Part shown: piece after piece, positions 10,216 through 20,192 of the stretch
Layout of the letters: each line of letters starts with the position of its first letter
How positions within the stretch are numbered: position 1 is the first letter of the stretch
Source: an uncultured Eubacterium sp.
GTDB lineage: Bacteria; Bacillota; Clostridia; Lachnospirales; CAG-274
Assembly (NCBI GenBank): GCA_900545305.1
Contig: UQYD01000005.1
Coordinates: forward strand, 5,618 to 69,617
Length of the DNA: 64,000 nucleotides
Reading direction: 5' to 3'
Translations under genes and position numbers: made by a program
The notes under the pieces: model-generated
Told to the model about the DNA's origin: nothing
Seen by the model: only the letters and a program-made list of their open reading frames with translations
The model's database searches: none

Positions 10216-11337
10216 ATGATTAGAGTATTAATAGCAGGCTATCACGGATTTGGTAATTGTGGCGATGAAGCTATTCTTCAGGCTATGACAGCCAACATTC
10301 GTGCTATGGCGAAAGATGTGGAGATTACGGCTTTAAGCTATAATCCGGAATTTACAAAAACTGAATATGGTATCAACTCTGTACAGAGGTTTAATATGCT
10401 TCAGGTTCTGTCTGCTATTAAGCACAGTGATATTGTTTTAAGTGGTGGTGGAACTCTTTTGCAGAATGGCACAAGTACACGCTCACTTATGTACTATCTT
10501 ACTATTATTAAAATAGCTAAGTTTTTCAGAAAGAGAGTTATGCTTTACGCCAACGGTATTGGACCGGTAAGTGGTAAACTTAATCGCAGACTTGTGAAAA
10601 TGGTTGTAAATACTGTTGACGTAATAACTCTCCGAGAAAAATTGTCTGAGGCAGATTTAAAGAGTATAGGTGTTACAAAACCTAATATTATGGTTACTGC
10701 TGACCCAGCTTTTAATTTGGAATCTATTTCAGATGACGAGGCTTGGAAGTTACTTGACGAGGAGAAAATTCCTCATAATGAACAGATGATTGCAGTTTCC
10801 GTTAGAAACTGGTCTAAGGCTTTTGGCGGAGATGATTATGTAAAGAAAGTGGCAAAAGTATGTGATAATGCTATTGCAGAGGGTAAGACAGTTGTATTTC
10901 TTCCTATGGAATATCCTAGAGATTTGGAATTATCTAAAAAGGTTATGTCCTATATGAAAGAAAAGGCATACATTATGCAGAAACGTTATACTCCATCACA
11001 GATTTTGGGTATAGTAGGCTGTTTTGATATTATGCTTAGTATGCGACTTCACACTTTGATTTTTGCTGCTGTCAAAAATGTACCAATGCTTGGTATTATT
11101 TATGACCCTAAAGTTGAATATTACATTAAAGAGCTGGATATGGTTGAGGCAGGAGATGTAAGACATTCTCCTATTAACGTAAAGGCTGTTAATGAACAAA
11201 TAAATGATGTTTTTGAAAATATGGAAGTCTATAAGGCTAGATTGAAGTTTAAAGCTGATTTGATGAAGCAAAGAGCAGGACAAAATGATGTTATGCTTGC
11301 TCAACAGTTTGATATAATTAGAAAAAACAAGAAATAG
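10216..11337 (+). CDS. csaB: Polysaccharide pyruvyl transferase CsaB.
   Basis: The N-terminus 'MIRVLIAGYHGFGNCGDEAIL' is characteristic of CsaB / PS_pyruv_trans. ATG at 10216. The TTG at 10201 used by the ORF track is unlikely to be the start. Confidence 0.8.
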   Translation: MIRVLIAGYHGFGNCGDEAILQAMTANIRAMAKDVEITALSYNPEFTKTEYGINSVQRFNMLQVLSAIKHSDIVLSGGGTLLQNGTSTRSLMYYLTIIKIAKFFRKRVMLYANGIGPVSGKLNRRLVKMVVNTVDVITLREKLSEADLKSIGVTKPNIMVTADPAFNLESISDDEAWKLLDEEKIPHNEQMIAVSVRNWSKAFGGDDYVKKVAKVCDNAIAEGKTVVFLPMEYPRDLELSKKVMSYMKEKAYIMQKRYTPSQILGIVGCFDIMLSMRLHTLIFAAVKNVPMLGIIYDPKVEYYIKELDMVEAGDVRHSPINVKAVNEQINDVFENMEVYKARLKFKADLMKQRAGQNDVMLAQQFDIIRKNKK

Positions 11338-11380
11338 TATTGTGTATGATAAATTGGTAGAAAGGAAAAGGTAACTGACC

Positions 11381-11833
11381 ATGAAAAGAAAGTTGATTAT
11401 TGGTTTACAGGCTATTGCCGTTACAGTTGTTGCTGTTGTTGGTACTGCTTTTGCAGCTGATGCAGGTTCTGCTAGTGACCCAGTTGCATCAAAGAGTTAT
11501 GTTGATGACAAAATAAGTCAGGTTATAAATATGATAAATACTGGTAGTGCTACTACTGAGGTATCAGGTTCTTCTTATGTGCCTGTTTCAGTTCCTGTTG
11601 GTAAGGTTCTCTACGGTGCAGAGGGTAGTGAAATTATACTCCGTTCCGGTAAGGGTACTATTTACACAGCTGGTGTAGATGGTGTTGTTGATGCTACAAC
11701 TGGTGCAAACTTAAAAACTGGTGCAACAGCAGTAGCTAATCATATTCTTATTGTTCCAAGAGCTGACGGCAGAGGTGTTAATGTTTCAGAGGCTGCTTGG
11801 TTCTTAGTTAAGGGCGGTTACAGCATTAAGTAA
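11381..11833 (+). CDS. Small secreted hypothetical protein (signal peptide, Gly/Ala/Thr-rich).
   Basis: A signal peptide MKRKLIIGLQAIAVTVVAVVGTAFA is followed by a low-complexity region. An RBS is present. I recognise no family. Confidence 0.4.
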   Translation: MKRKLIIGLQAIAVTVVAVVGTAFAADAGSASDPVASKSYVDDKISQVINMINTGSATTEVSGSSYVPVSVPVGKVLYGAEGSEIILRSGKGTIYTAGVDGVVDATTGANLKTGATAVANHILIVPRADGRGVNVSEAAWFLVKGGYSIK

Positions 11834-11851
11834 TTAGTCGAGAGGTGTATT

Positions 11852-12583
11852 ATGAGTATTTGCAAAATTTTAGGTGTTCCGTTTCAGAATATAACACCAG
11901 GAGATGCTGAAGAAAGAATTGTAAAGTTTCTTCATCAAAGTGGAAAAGCTATGGTGTTTACACCTAATCCGGAAATGGTAATGGCGGCTCAAAAAGACGA
12001 AGAATTTATGAAAATTTTAAATGAGTCAGCTATGAATATTCCTGATGGCATAGGTATTATTTACGGTTCAAAATTTACAAATAACCCAATAAAATCAAGA
12101 GTAGCCGGTTATGACTGTGTTCAGGGTGTTTTTGAACTTATTAAGGATACAGATAAGACAGTTTACTTCTTTGGTGGTGCTCCGGAAATTTCTGAAAGAG
12201 CAAAGGAAGCAATGGAGAAAAAACACTATGGTCTTAAAATTGTAGGTGTGGCTGACGGCTATTTTGATGCTGAAAAAGAACAGATGATTATAGCTGATAT
12301 AAACGAGAAAAAGCCGGATTTACTTTTAGTTGGTATAGGATTTCCAAAGCAGGAAAAATGGATATATAATAACATCAAAAACCTTAATGTAAAGGTTGCT
12401 ATTGGTGTAGGTGGTAGCTTTGATGTTATGAGTGGTAACGTAAAGAGAGCACCTAAGATATTCATTAAATTAGGTCTTGAATGGTTCTACAGACTTATAA
12501 CACAGCCAACAAGAATAGGCAGAATGATGGTTTTACCTCTCTTTATGTTGGTTGTTATTAAAAATAAAATATTGGGTAAATAG
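11852..12583 (+). CDS. tagA: WecB/TagA/CpsF-family glycosyltransferase (GT26), the UDP-ManNAc(A) transferase type.
   Basis: 243 aa. The start 'ILGVPFQNITPGDAEERI...' is typical of TagA/WecG. It has a strong RBS (GAGAGGTG). It co-occurs with wecC and csaB. Confidence 0.75.
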   Translation: MSICKILGVPFQNITPGDAEERIVKFLHQSGKAMVFTPNPEMVMAAQKDEEFMKILNESAMNIPDGIGIIYGSKFTNNPIKSRVAGYDCVQGVFELIKDTDKTVYFFGGAPEISERAKEAMEKKHYGLKIVGVADGYFDAEKEQMIIADINEKKPDLLLVGIGFPKQEKWIYNNIKNLNVKVAIGVGGSFDVMSGNVKRAPKIFIKLGLEWFYRLITQPTRIGRMMVLPLFMLVVIKNKILGK

Positions 12584-12585
12584 TA

Positions 12586-12625
12586 AATAGCCTCCTTTGG
12601 TTTTTAAGGGAGGCTATTGTTTTAT
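12586..12625. terminator. Bidirectional rho-independent terminator between convergent genes.
   Basis: 10-bp stem AATAGCCTCC...GGAGGCTATT, followed by GTTTTATTT. Confidence 0.7.
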
Positions 12626-12629
12626 TTAA

Positions 12630-13505
12630 TTAACGTCTTATAAGACCACTACCATGAGTAGGAAATGAAGGAGGTATTGGACTAATACTAGGGTCCATTA
12701 CAAAATTATAATAATCTTCAAATGTAGGAAAATCTTCAGAATGATTTAAAATATAGTCTTTATACATAGGATTATCATTCATTTTTTTAATATCTTCTTT
12801 TGAAAATTTAGTAACAGTAATATCCTTTTTGTTTGGAACTGTATATTCCAAAGGAGAAATGGCTTCATTATCACTTGAAATACTTAATTTTACATTCTCA
12901 TTTTCTGTTGCTGAAACCGGTAATGGTACAACATATTCTGCAATATTTGATGTAGCTTTACCATTCTGAGTGAAAGTATTTTCTCCGCTAATAGGGTAAA
13001 GAGAAAGCTTAAGAGTTGTTTCGTCAACGTATTCTAATTTATAAGGTAATTTGTATTCACCTTCGCCTTTTACATACTGTGCTAATATTTTGTCATAGCC
13101 TTTAGATGATACTAAATCATCCCCCATAAGATAATCATATCCATAGTGTGTTTTGCTAGTAGAGTATACAAAAGGTTCAGAATTTAAAGAGTCAGCTGAA
13201 AATTTAGAATTATCAATTTTTATAGTAACTTCTGTTTTTTCAATAGTAGTTGTAGGGAGGATAGTTAAAGTAAGAGGGGTGTCATTTATATATTGAACAC
13301 CATCTACGTCTTTAACACCGGTGTTACTTGTGCCGTAAACTATGTTGTTAATTGATGTCTTAGAAATACCTTTAGTAACTGTTTTTGGAATAGAGCTTAC
13401 AACGCTGTTGTAAGTAGTAGCATTGTTTTCAGTTGCACCATAAGTAAATGCAACTGAGCTAAAAATAAGAGATGTTGCTAAAAATAGTGAAATTCTTTTT
13501 TTCAT
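12630..13505 (-). CDS. Secreted hypothetical protein (291 aa).
   Basis: An N-terminal signal peptide is present. The protein is Ser/Thr-rich and I recognise no family. Confidence 0.4.
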   Translation of the reverse strand: MKKRISLFLATSLIFSSVAFTYGATENNATTYNSVVSSIPKTVTKGISKTSINNIVYGTSNTGVKDVDGVQYINDTPLTLTILPTTTIEKTEVTIKIDNSKFSADSLNSEPFVYSTSKTHYGYDYLMGDDLVSSKGYDKILAQYVKGEGEYKLPYKLEYVDETTLKLSLYPISGENTFTQNGKATSNIAEYVVPLPVSATENENVKLSISSDNEAISPLEYTVPNKKDITVTKFSKEDIKKMNDNPMYKDYILNHSEDFPTFEDYYNFVMDPSISPIPPSFPTHGSGLIRR

Positions 13506-13742
13506 TGTGATTGCCCCCTTAATAATAATAAAATATGTTTAATACCTACTATGAGTATATAATATTAAAAACATTGTGTCAATATACACTTTAAAATGTA
13601 TACGTAGAAAATATAATCTGATTTTTAGGGGAAATTACTAAATTTGATAAAGTGGCATAAAACTTACATTAAATTAAATATTAATTGTTTAAAAGTAATA
13701 AATATGTTAAAATAAAAGAAAAAATAATTCAAGTAAAGGAGA

Positions 13743-14777
13743 ATGGATATGAAGAAATTTATTGTTGCTTTAACAACTCTCGGGCTTATTTCTGCCATGA
13801 GTGTTGCTACTTTTGCTGATAACTTTACTAATTTTAATGATGCACAACCAATGCAGAATTTTACATCAGATATTAACAAGCTCTATATTTCAAATTTTAA
13901 TAAAGTTTCATCTAATGGTGTAAGTGATTTAGATATTAAAAATGGTTATTTTTCTTGCTATAACGGATATGTATACTATTTAGATAGTTCAAAAACCGGA
14001 TATACAGATCTTAGAAGAATGAAAGCTGATAAAACAGGAGATATTCTTATACACAGAATTGTAACAGGGGAGAGCTATACTCTTAATTCTTATATTTTAG
14101 GTGACAGCAATCTTTATTACACAATTTATAACATCAAAACACAGCAATACAGCTTTAGAAAAGTGGATTTAGTTACTAAAAAGGATAGCTTGGTTTATTC
14201 TTCTGATACTGCTATGTTAGATGTATTAGCATCTCAGAATGGTTATGCTTATGTGTGCGAAACTTCTTTTGATGAAAACAATGACATTCACAGACTAATT
14301 TACAAAGTAAATGTAAATAAGGATACAGATAAGTACGTTATTGTAACAACTAAGACAAATGTAAATTATTTATGTGCCAGAATATCTGGAGATACTCTCT
14401 ATATTAAGAAGGTGGATTTTTCAAAGGCTGATGTAGAAGATTATCCAAATTCTATATTACTTGTTGATTTGAAAAAGAATAAAGTTGTGAAAGAAGTAAA
14501 TCTTGGTTCTCACAATATTGTGGATATTAAAAATGGTAAAGCCATAGCTCAAGACGGTGGAACAATAACTTCTATAGATATTTCTTCAGGGGAAGAAAAA
14601 CAGCTTTTAAACTTAGATGCTAACAAAGTTCAGATGCAATATTTAGGCTTTTATAACGGTAAAGTGTACTATACAACTTACAATTTGAATACTTATGAAA
14701 ATAAGGTGTCATACAAGAATATAGGCACAGGAGAAATGAAAGACCTTACAAGTTGGGTAGAACAGAGAGTAGAATAA
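13743..14777 (+). CDS. Secreted hypothetical protein, possibly a DUF5050-like beta-propeller.
   Basis: Signal peptide present. Repeated 'NGYVYY', 'LYYTIYN' and 'GKVYYTTYN' motifs occur roughly every 45-50 aa. Confidence 0.4.
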   Translation: MDMKKFIVALTTLGLISAMSVATFADNFTNFNDAQPMQNFTSDINKLYISNFNKVSSNGVSDLDIKNGYFSCYNGYVYYLDSSKTGYTDLRRMKADKTGDILIHRIVTGESYTLNSYILGDSNLYYTIYNIKTQQYSFRKVDLVTKKDSLVYSSDTAMLDVLASQNGYAYVCETSFDENNDIHRLIYKVNVNKDTDKYVIVTTKTNVNYLCARISGDTLYIKKVDFSKADVEDYPNSILLVDLKKNKVVKEVNLGSHNIVDIKNGKAIAQDGGTITSIDISSGEEKQLLNLDANKVQMQYLGFYNGKVYYTTYNLNTYENKVSYKNIGTGEMKDLTSWVEQRVE

Positions 14778-14785
14778 TATGATAT

Positions 14786-14820
14786 AAACACCTCCTAAAA
14801 CAAGGAGGTGTTTGTTTTAT
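14786..14820 (+). terminator. Rho-independent terminator.
   Basis: AAACACCTCC-loop-GGAGGTGTTT, followed by GTTTTAT. Confidence 0.75.
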
Positions 14821-14931
14821 GTTATAATACCATAAATAGGTTAAATTTCAATAAAAGCAATTTCATAGATAAATGGTAGGGTAATTCATATAAATTGAAA
14901 ATATAGGGTATAAATCCTATATATACGGGAA

Positions 14932-14970
14932 ATAAAAAAGTGATAGCAAATTTATGCTATCACTTTTTAA
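14932..14970 (-). terminator. Rho-independent terminator downstream of yabE.
   Basis: AAGTGATAGC...GCTATCACTT palindrome flanked by A and T runs. Confidence 0.65.
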
Positions 14971-15001
14971 GTAAATCGTTAATCTATATGATATTATTTA
15001 A

Positions 15002-16153
15002 TTAACCAATGATATAAACCTTAACATTCTTGTGACCAAAACCAGATGCTAAAGCAGCTGAATGTGTACCATAGCAAAGGTCAATTCTGTTACCCTTGAT
15101 TGCTCCACCTGTATCGGCAGCAATACAGTAACCGTAACCTTCAACGTAGAGCTTAGTACCTAAAGGAATAACTCTTGTATCTACAGCAGCTACGCCGTAA
15201 CCAGCCTTCATACCAGAAGCTGTATAACCATTTGCATATGAGCCACAGCACTTAGAACATGGGCAGTAAGCTGTAGCATTAAGTGTCATAGAACTCTTAT
15301 ACTTAACAGAAAGACCCGGAATAGTATTTGTAGTAGTTGCAGCAGGCTTAACAACAGGAGCTGGCTTAGCCTTAGTACCTACATTGATAACTTCTGTAAC
15401 AGGTTCTTTAGTAACCTTTGTAACAGAGTCAGTTGATGTAACCTGGTCACCAACGTACTTAGTAGTAGTTGTTGTTGTCTTAATGCCGTCAACACCAGCA
15501 GTAACTACTTTCTTCTCACCAACATAAAGGCTGTCTGTTTTAACTTCCTTTGTTTCGTGAGGAATAGCCTCGTAAGTATCAACTGAAACTTCTCTTATAG
15601 TTGAAAGCTGAATGTACATACCTTCTGAAAGAGGTGTAGAAGCTGTCTGGCTTGCAAGAGTGTACTTTTCAGTTGTGTTTGCCTTCTGATATTCTGCAAG
15701 GAAAGCACCTAAGTTTGATGCTGAAGTAGTTGAAGACTGAGCCTTACCACCATCAACAGAAACAATAACAGTCTTAGGCTGAGCTACAACGATTTCCTTT
15801 GCATTTTCTACAGAATTAGTAAGGTCAACACTTACATCTGTTGAATCAGTTACTACAATATTGTTACTAGCAAGAAGGTCACCAACTGTTGAACTCTTGT
15901 CAGCATTAAAATATTGAACATTACCATCTACAATAACCTTAACTGTATCTGAACCAGTGTTAGAAACTTCAGCAGCTGATACAATAACATTTGATGAAAT
16001 CATTGTTGCAAAAACAACGGCCATTGCCGATACGGTCTTAGTAAATCTCTTTGTCATAATAATCCTCCTTAGGGGCTTAATAATTTTGTAATATTTAGAC
16101 TTAAATGTTACAAAGTTTGACTTGAAAAATCTATTGAAATTAAAAGTCGACAA
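15002..16153 (-). CDS. yabE: YabE-like cell-wall protein with DUF348, G5 and a C-terminal 3D (MltA-like) domain.
   Basis: The C-terminal 3D-domain signature is 'TASGMKAGYGVAAVDTRVIPLGTKLYVEGYGYCIAADTGGAIKGNRIDLCY'. A G5-like segment is 'VTAGVDGIKTTTTTTKYVGDQV'. It lies downstream of tatD and metG, as in B. subtilis. Confidence 0.75.
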   Translation of the reverse strand: MSTFNFNRFFKSNFVTFKSKYYKIIKPLRRIIMTKRFTKTVSAMAVVFATMISSNVIVSAAEVSNTGSDTVKVIVDGNVQYFNADKSSTVGDLLASNNIVVTDSTDVSVDLTNSVENAKEIVVAQPKTVIVSVDGGKAQSSTTSASNLGAFLAEYQKANTTEKYTLASQTASTPLSEGMYIQLSTIREVSVDTYEAIPHETKEVKTDSLYVGEKKVVTAGVDGIKTTTTTTKYVGDQVTSTDSVTKVTKEPVTEVINVGTKAKPAPVVKPAATTTNTIPGLSVKYKSSMTLNATAYCPCSKCCGSYANGYTASGMKAGYGVAAVDTRVIPLGTKLYVEGYGYCIAADTGGAIKGNRIDLCYGTHSAALASGFGHKNVKVYIIG

Positions 16154-16313
16154 GCCTCATACATAAGTTTTTGACAGTTTTTAGTCGTTCAAGGTCGAAT
16201 TTTACGAAAAATAGGCATAAAAAATTAGGCTAACCGACAAATCGGCAAACTAACCCTGAACATTTACAAGGACTATCTTAACACATCTGTAACAATTATG
16301 CAACAACTTTTTT

Positions 16314-17102
16314 TCAACAAAAAACTTTGAGGGCATTTTCCTTCGTTTTTTGGGCTACTATTTGTGGAGAAAGTTGTTTAATTTGTGCAATTTTCTCTAC
16401 GATATACTTTAGATTTTGTGAATTGTTTCTAGTTCCTCTTAAAGGTGTCGGAGATAAATATGGTGAATCTGTTTCTACTAAAATTTTGTCAATTGGGATG
16501 TTTTCAACCACATCAACCAGCTTTTTTGCATTCTTAAATGTAACAACTCCACCTACAGAAATATAAAATCCCATTTTTATATATTCCTGTGCAAGTTCCT
16601 TACTTCCGGAAAATGCGTGTATAAGTCCTTTACGAACTCTACTGGCTTTTATTATGTCAAAAGTGTCCTGTGCAGCATCTCTTGAATGAACAACTACGGG
16701 CATATCTAAGTCAGCTGTTAAATCTAACTGTCTTTTAAACCAATACTGCTGTTTTTCCTTTGATGGACCGTCATCATAGTGATAGTCAAGACCAATTTCT
16801 CCTATAGCTACAACCTTTGGATTTTCTGCATATTTTGCAAGAGTTTTTAAGTCTTCCTCTGTCATATCTTCTACTTCTGAAGGGTGAACACCTACATTTG
16901 CATATATAAAATCGTATTTTTCAGCTAATGCCATAGCTTTTTTAGCACTTTCCATAGAATCACAGGAATTTATAATAAAATCAACTCCGTTTTGGTGCAT
17001 TTCTTCTATTAATTGATGTCTGTCATCATCGTATTGTACATCATCAAAATGGGCATGAGAATCAAAGTACATTTGTGTATTTCCTTTCTTATTTTTAAAC
17101 AA
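16314..17102 (-). CDS. tatD: TatD-family metal-dependent DNase / hydrolase.
   Basis: Motifs 'YFDSHAHFDD', 'ANVGVHP' and 'VAIGEIGLDYHY' are typical of TatD/YabD. Confidence 0.85.
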   Translation of the reverse strand: MFKNKKGNTQMYFDSHAHFDDVQYDDDRHQLIEEMHQNGVDFIINSCDSMESAKKAMALAEKYDFIYANVGVHPSEVEDMTEEDLKTLAKYAENPKVVAIGEIGLDYHYDDGPSKEKQQYWFKRQLDLTADLDMPVVVHSRDAAQDTFDIIKASRVRKGLIHAFSGSKELAQEYIKMGFYISVGGVVTFKNAKKLVDVVENIPIDKILVETDSPYLSPTPLRGTRNNSQNLKYIVEKIAQIKQLSPQIVAQKTKENALKVFC

Positions 17103-17150
17103 AATAAATGAGTTTCTACTATATTAATATAAAAATAAATAGGTAAAATA

Positions 17151-17178
17151 ACAGGTGTCCTGAAAAGAACACCTGTTA
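17151..17178 (-). terminator. Intercistronic hairpin or terminator between metG and tatD.
   Basis: ACAGGTGTCC-TGAAAAGA-ACACCTGT hairpin, followed on the minus strand by T-rich sequence. Confidence 0.45.
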
Positions 17179-17199
17179 ATGAGAATTATCTAAATTTTA

Positions 17200-19140
17200 T
17201 TAGTTTACTTCAGCACCGTCGCCAATGTTTCCGTCAACTGTAAGTACACCTAAATTGCCGTTTTCATCTTCGGCAGCAAGTATCATACCTTCACTTACAA
17301 TTTTACCCTTCATCATCTTTCTGGGTGGAAGATTTGTTACTACAACAACCTTTTTGCCTACCATATTTTCTGGAGAGTACCACTTAGCAATACCAGAGGC
17401 AATAGTTCTTGTTTCAGAGCCAATCTGAACTGTAGATTTAAGGAGCTTAGAAGAACCCTCAACCTTTTCACAAGCAAGGATTTTACCAATCTTCATATTA
17501 ACCTTACAGAAGTCATAAATATCAATATATTCTGGTTCTTCTGCTGGCTTTTCTTCTTCCTTAGGCTGTTCAAGTTTAGCTTCGATTTTTTCAAGAGTTT
17601 CCTTTGCATCAAGTCTAGCAAAGAGAATTTCTGGCTTTTCAACAACCTTTGTACCAGACTTATACATACCGAAAATATCAAGGCTATCCATTGGACGCTT
17701 CTGAGCATTAAGCTGTGCAAGAACCTTTGCTGAAGTTTCAGGCATAAATGGTTCAAGAAGGTTTGCACCAATAGAAATACCTTCAACTAAGTTGTAAAGA
17801 ACAGTAGCAAGTCTTTCCTTCTTAGTTTCGTCCTTAGCAAGTACCCAAGGCTCTGTTTCGTCAACATACTTGTTGCATCTCTTGAAAAGGGCGAATATTT
17901 CAGTAATAGCATCAGCTACTCTTAATTTATCCATTTTTTCAATAACTCTATTACGAGTAGTTGTAACAACATTGATTAAGTCTTCATCAACTGGGTATGC
18001 ACAACCTGGGTTAGTTACAACACCGTTGAAGTACTTGTTGCTCATTGATACAGTTCTGTTTACGAGGTTACCGAGAACGTTTGCAAGGTCAGAATTCATT
18101 CTTTCAATCATTAATTCCCAAGTAATAACACCATCGTTTTCAAATGGCATTTCGTGGAGAACGAAGTATCTAACAGCATCTACACCGAAGAAATCTACTA
18201 AATCATCAGCATAAATTACATTACCCTTAGACTTACTCATCTTGCCATCGCCTCTTAAAAGCCATGGGTGACCAAATACCTGCTTAGGTAATGGAAGGTC
18301 AAGTGCCATAAGGATAATAGGCCAGTAAATAGTATGGAAACGAATAATATCCTTACCGATAAGGTGAAGGTCTGCTGGCCACATTTTATTAAATAAGTCT
18401 GAGTTGTTGCCGTCACAATCATAACCAATACCAGTGATATAGTTTGTAAGGGCATCAAGCCATACATATACAACGTGTTTATCATCAAAATCAACTGGAA
18501 TACCCCACTTGAAAGATGTTCTTGATACACATAAATCCTGAAGACCCGGAAGAAGGAAGTTATTCATCATTTCATTCTTTCTTGAAACAGGCTGTATAAA
18601 TTCAGGGTGAGTATTGATATGTTCAATAAGTCTGTCAGCATATTTGCTTAATTTAAGGAAGTATGCTTCTTCCTTAGCTGGCTTAACTTCTCTACCACAA
18701 TCAGGACATTTACCGTCTACAAGCTGAGATTCTGTCCAGAAAGATTCACAAGGTGTACAATAAAGACCTTCGTATTCGCCCTTGTAAATATCGCCTTTTT
18801 CGTAAAGCTTCTTAAATATTTTCTGAACCTGCTTTTCGTGGTCTACATCAGTTGTTCTAATGAATTTATCATAAGATGTATTCATTAAGTCCCAAATTCT
18901 CTTTATTTCAGTAGAAACATTGTCAACGAACTGCTTAGGTGTAATGCCGGCATCTTTTGCCTTTTCTTCAATCTTCATACCATGTTCATCAGTACCAGTT
19001 TGGAAGAAAACATCGTAACCCATTTGTCTTTTAAATCTTGCAATACTATCAGCAAGAACGATTTCATATGTGTTACCGATATGGGGCTTACCAGAAGTGT
19101 AGGCAATAGCCGTAGTCATATAAAATTTTTCTTTACTCAA
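17200..19140 (-). CDS. metG: Methionine--tRNA ligase with a C-terminal tRNA-binding (EMAP-like) domain.
   Basis: Contains 'HIGN' (HIGH motif) and 'KMSKSKGN' (KMSKS motif), Zn-knuckle cysteines and the C-terminal 'LDLRVGKILACEKVEGSSKLLKS' tRNA-binding domain. Confidence 0.92.
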   Translation of the reverse strand: MSKEKFYMTTAIAYTSGKPHIGNTYEIVLADSIARFKRQMGYDVFFQTGTDEHGMKIEEKAKDAGITPKQFVDNVSTEIKRIWDLMNTSYDKFIRTTDVDHEKQVQKIFKKLYEKGDIYKGEYEGLYCTPCESFWTESQLVDGKCPDCGREVKPAKEEAYFLKLSKYADRLIEHINTHPEFIQPVSRKNEMMNNFLLPGLQDLCVSRTSFKWGIPVDFDDKHVVYVWLDALTNYITGIGYDCDGNNSDLFNKMWPADLHLIGKDIIRFHTIYWPIILMALDLPLPKQVFGHPWLLRGDGKMSKSKGNVIYADDLVDFFGVDAVRYFVLHEMPFENDGVITWELMIERMNSDLANVLGNLVNRTVSMSNKYFNGVVTNPGCAYPVDEDLINVVTTTRNRVIEKMDKLRVADAITEIFALFKRCNKYVDETEPWVLAKDETKKERLATVLYNLVEGISIGANLLEPFMPETSAKVLAQLNAQKRPMDSLDIFGMYKSGTKVVEKPEILFARLDAKETLEKIEAKLEQPKEEEKPAEEPEYIDIYDFCKVNMKIGKILACEKVEGSSKLLKSTVQIGSETRTIASGIAKWYSPENMVGKKVVVVTNLPPRKMMKGKIVSEGMILAAEDENGNLGVLTVDGNIGDGAEVN

Positions 19141-19288
19141 TTAAACTACCTCCAAAAAAATCATTAATTTGATTATATAACAAATAAAGTAAAATTGCAA
19201 TTTTTATTGTAATAGTTTAGCAAATTTACTTTATTATTCCCGATAATTGTGCTAGAATATACCTACTTTAGATTTTGGAGGGTTTGGT

Positions 19289-20122
19289 ATGTATAAGTTA
19301 GTTGCTACTGATTGCGATGGTACATTTATAGATTCAAAAGGTTGGTTGCCAGAGGAAAACAAAATTGCTTTCCAGAGATTATACCAAAGGGGTATTCCTG
19401 TTGTACTTGTAACAGGAAGAAACGACTTTCTTACAAAGGATTATGTAGACGAGCTTGGTTTCCAGTGCCCTGTAATTGGTGGTAATGGGGCTACTCTTGG
19501 TAACATATATACAGGAGAGAGAAAGTATGTAAATGCTATGACAAGGGAAGAAATGAATGGTGTATTTGATATATGCGACAAGTTTAAAGTGCCTTGCAAG
19601 GTGTTTACTACTGAAAAATGCTATACAAACGATATAGACCTAAAAAATGGTGGTATAAAACTTATAACAGTTAAATATACAAAGCCTATAAAGACTACTA
19701 TTGAGAATATATTGGAAACAGATATAAGAAAAACTGTTGATTTCAAAAATGTAATAAAGGTTGTTGTAATAGAGGATAATATCGAATTTCTTACAGAAAT
19801 AAAAGATGCTATAAATGAAAAAGTGAAAACTGTTACAGCTATACAGTCTAACTGGAATTGTATTGATATAGTAAAAAAAGGCGTTTCAAAAGGTGCAGCA
19901 CTTTTGAAATATGGTGAAATGTTAGGCATAAAGCCGGAAGATATTATTGCTTTTGGAGATAGTGAAAACGATGTATCAATGATAAAGGCTGTAGGTGGTG
20001 GATATGCCATAGGCAATGCTGACCAATGTGTAAAAGATGTTGCAAAGTATATTGCTGATACAAATGATAACTGTGGTGTAGCCAAAGTTTTGGACAAGGA
20101 ATTTAATTTAGGAATATATTAA
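19289..20122 (+). CDS. Cof-type HAD-IIB family hydrolase (sugar-phosphatase-like).
   Basis: HAD motif I is 'VATDCDGTF'. The C-terminal 'IAFGDSENDVSMIKAVGGGYAIGNA' carries motif IV (GDxxND). A promoter with an extended -10 element (TGCTAGAAT) lies upstream. Confidence 0.75.
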   Translation: MYKLVATDCDGTFIDSKGWLPEENKIAFQRLYQRGIPVVLVTGRNDFLTKDYVDELGFQCPVIGGNGATLGNIYTGERKYVNAMTREEMNGVFDICDKFKVPCKVFTTEKCYTNDIDLKNGGIKLITVKYTKPIKTTIENILETDIRKTVDFKNVIKVVVIEDNIEFLTEIKDAINEKVKTVTAIQSNWNCIDIVKKGVSKGAALLKYGEMLGIKPEDIIAFGDSENDVSMIKAVGGGYAIGNADQCVKDVAKYIADTNDNCGVAKVLDKEFNLGIY

Positions 20123-20150
20123 TTATTAAAGGGCGATTACCGGCAGCCTC

Positions 20151-20183
20151 AAAGGGACAGCTTAGCTGTCCCTTTATTAATTT
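20151..20183 (+). terminator. Rho-independent terminator.
   Basis: AAAGGGACAG-CTTAG-CTGTCCCTTT, followed by ATTAATTTT. Confidence 0.65.
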
Positions 20184-20192
20184 TAATACCTT

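Noticed and set aside
19141-19288. T-box riboswitch upstream of metG.
   Set aside because: The intergenic region is only ~150 nt and is occupied by divergent promoter elements. It is too short for the ~250-nt T-box architecture, and I saw no AGGGUGGNACCGCG-like T-box sequence.
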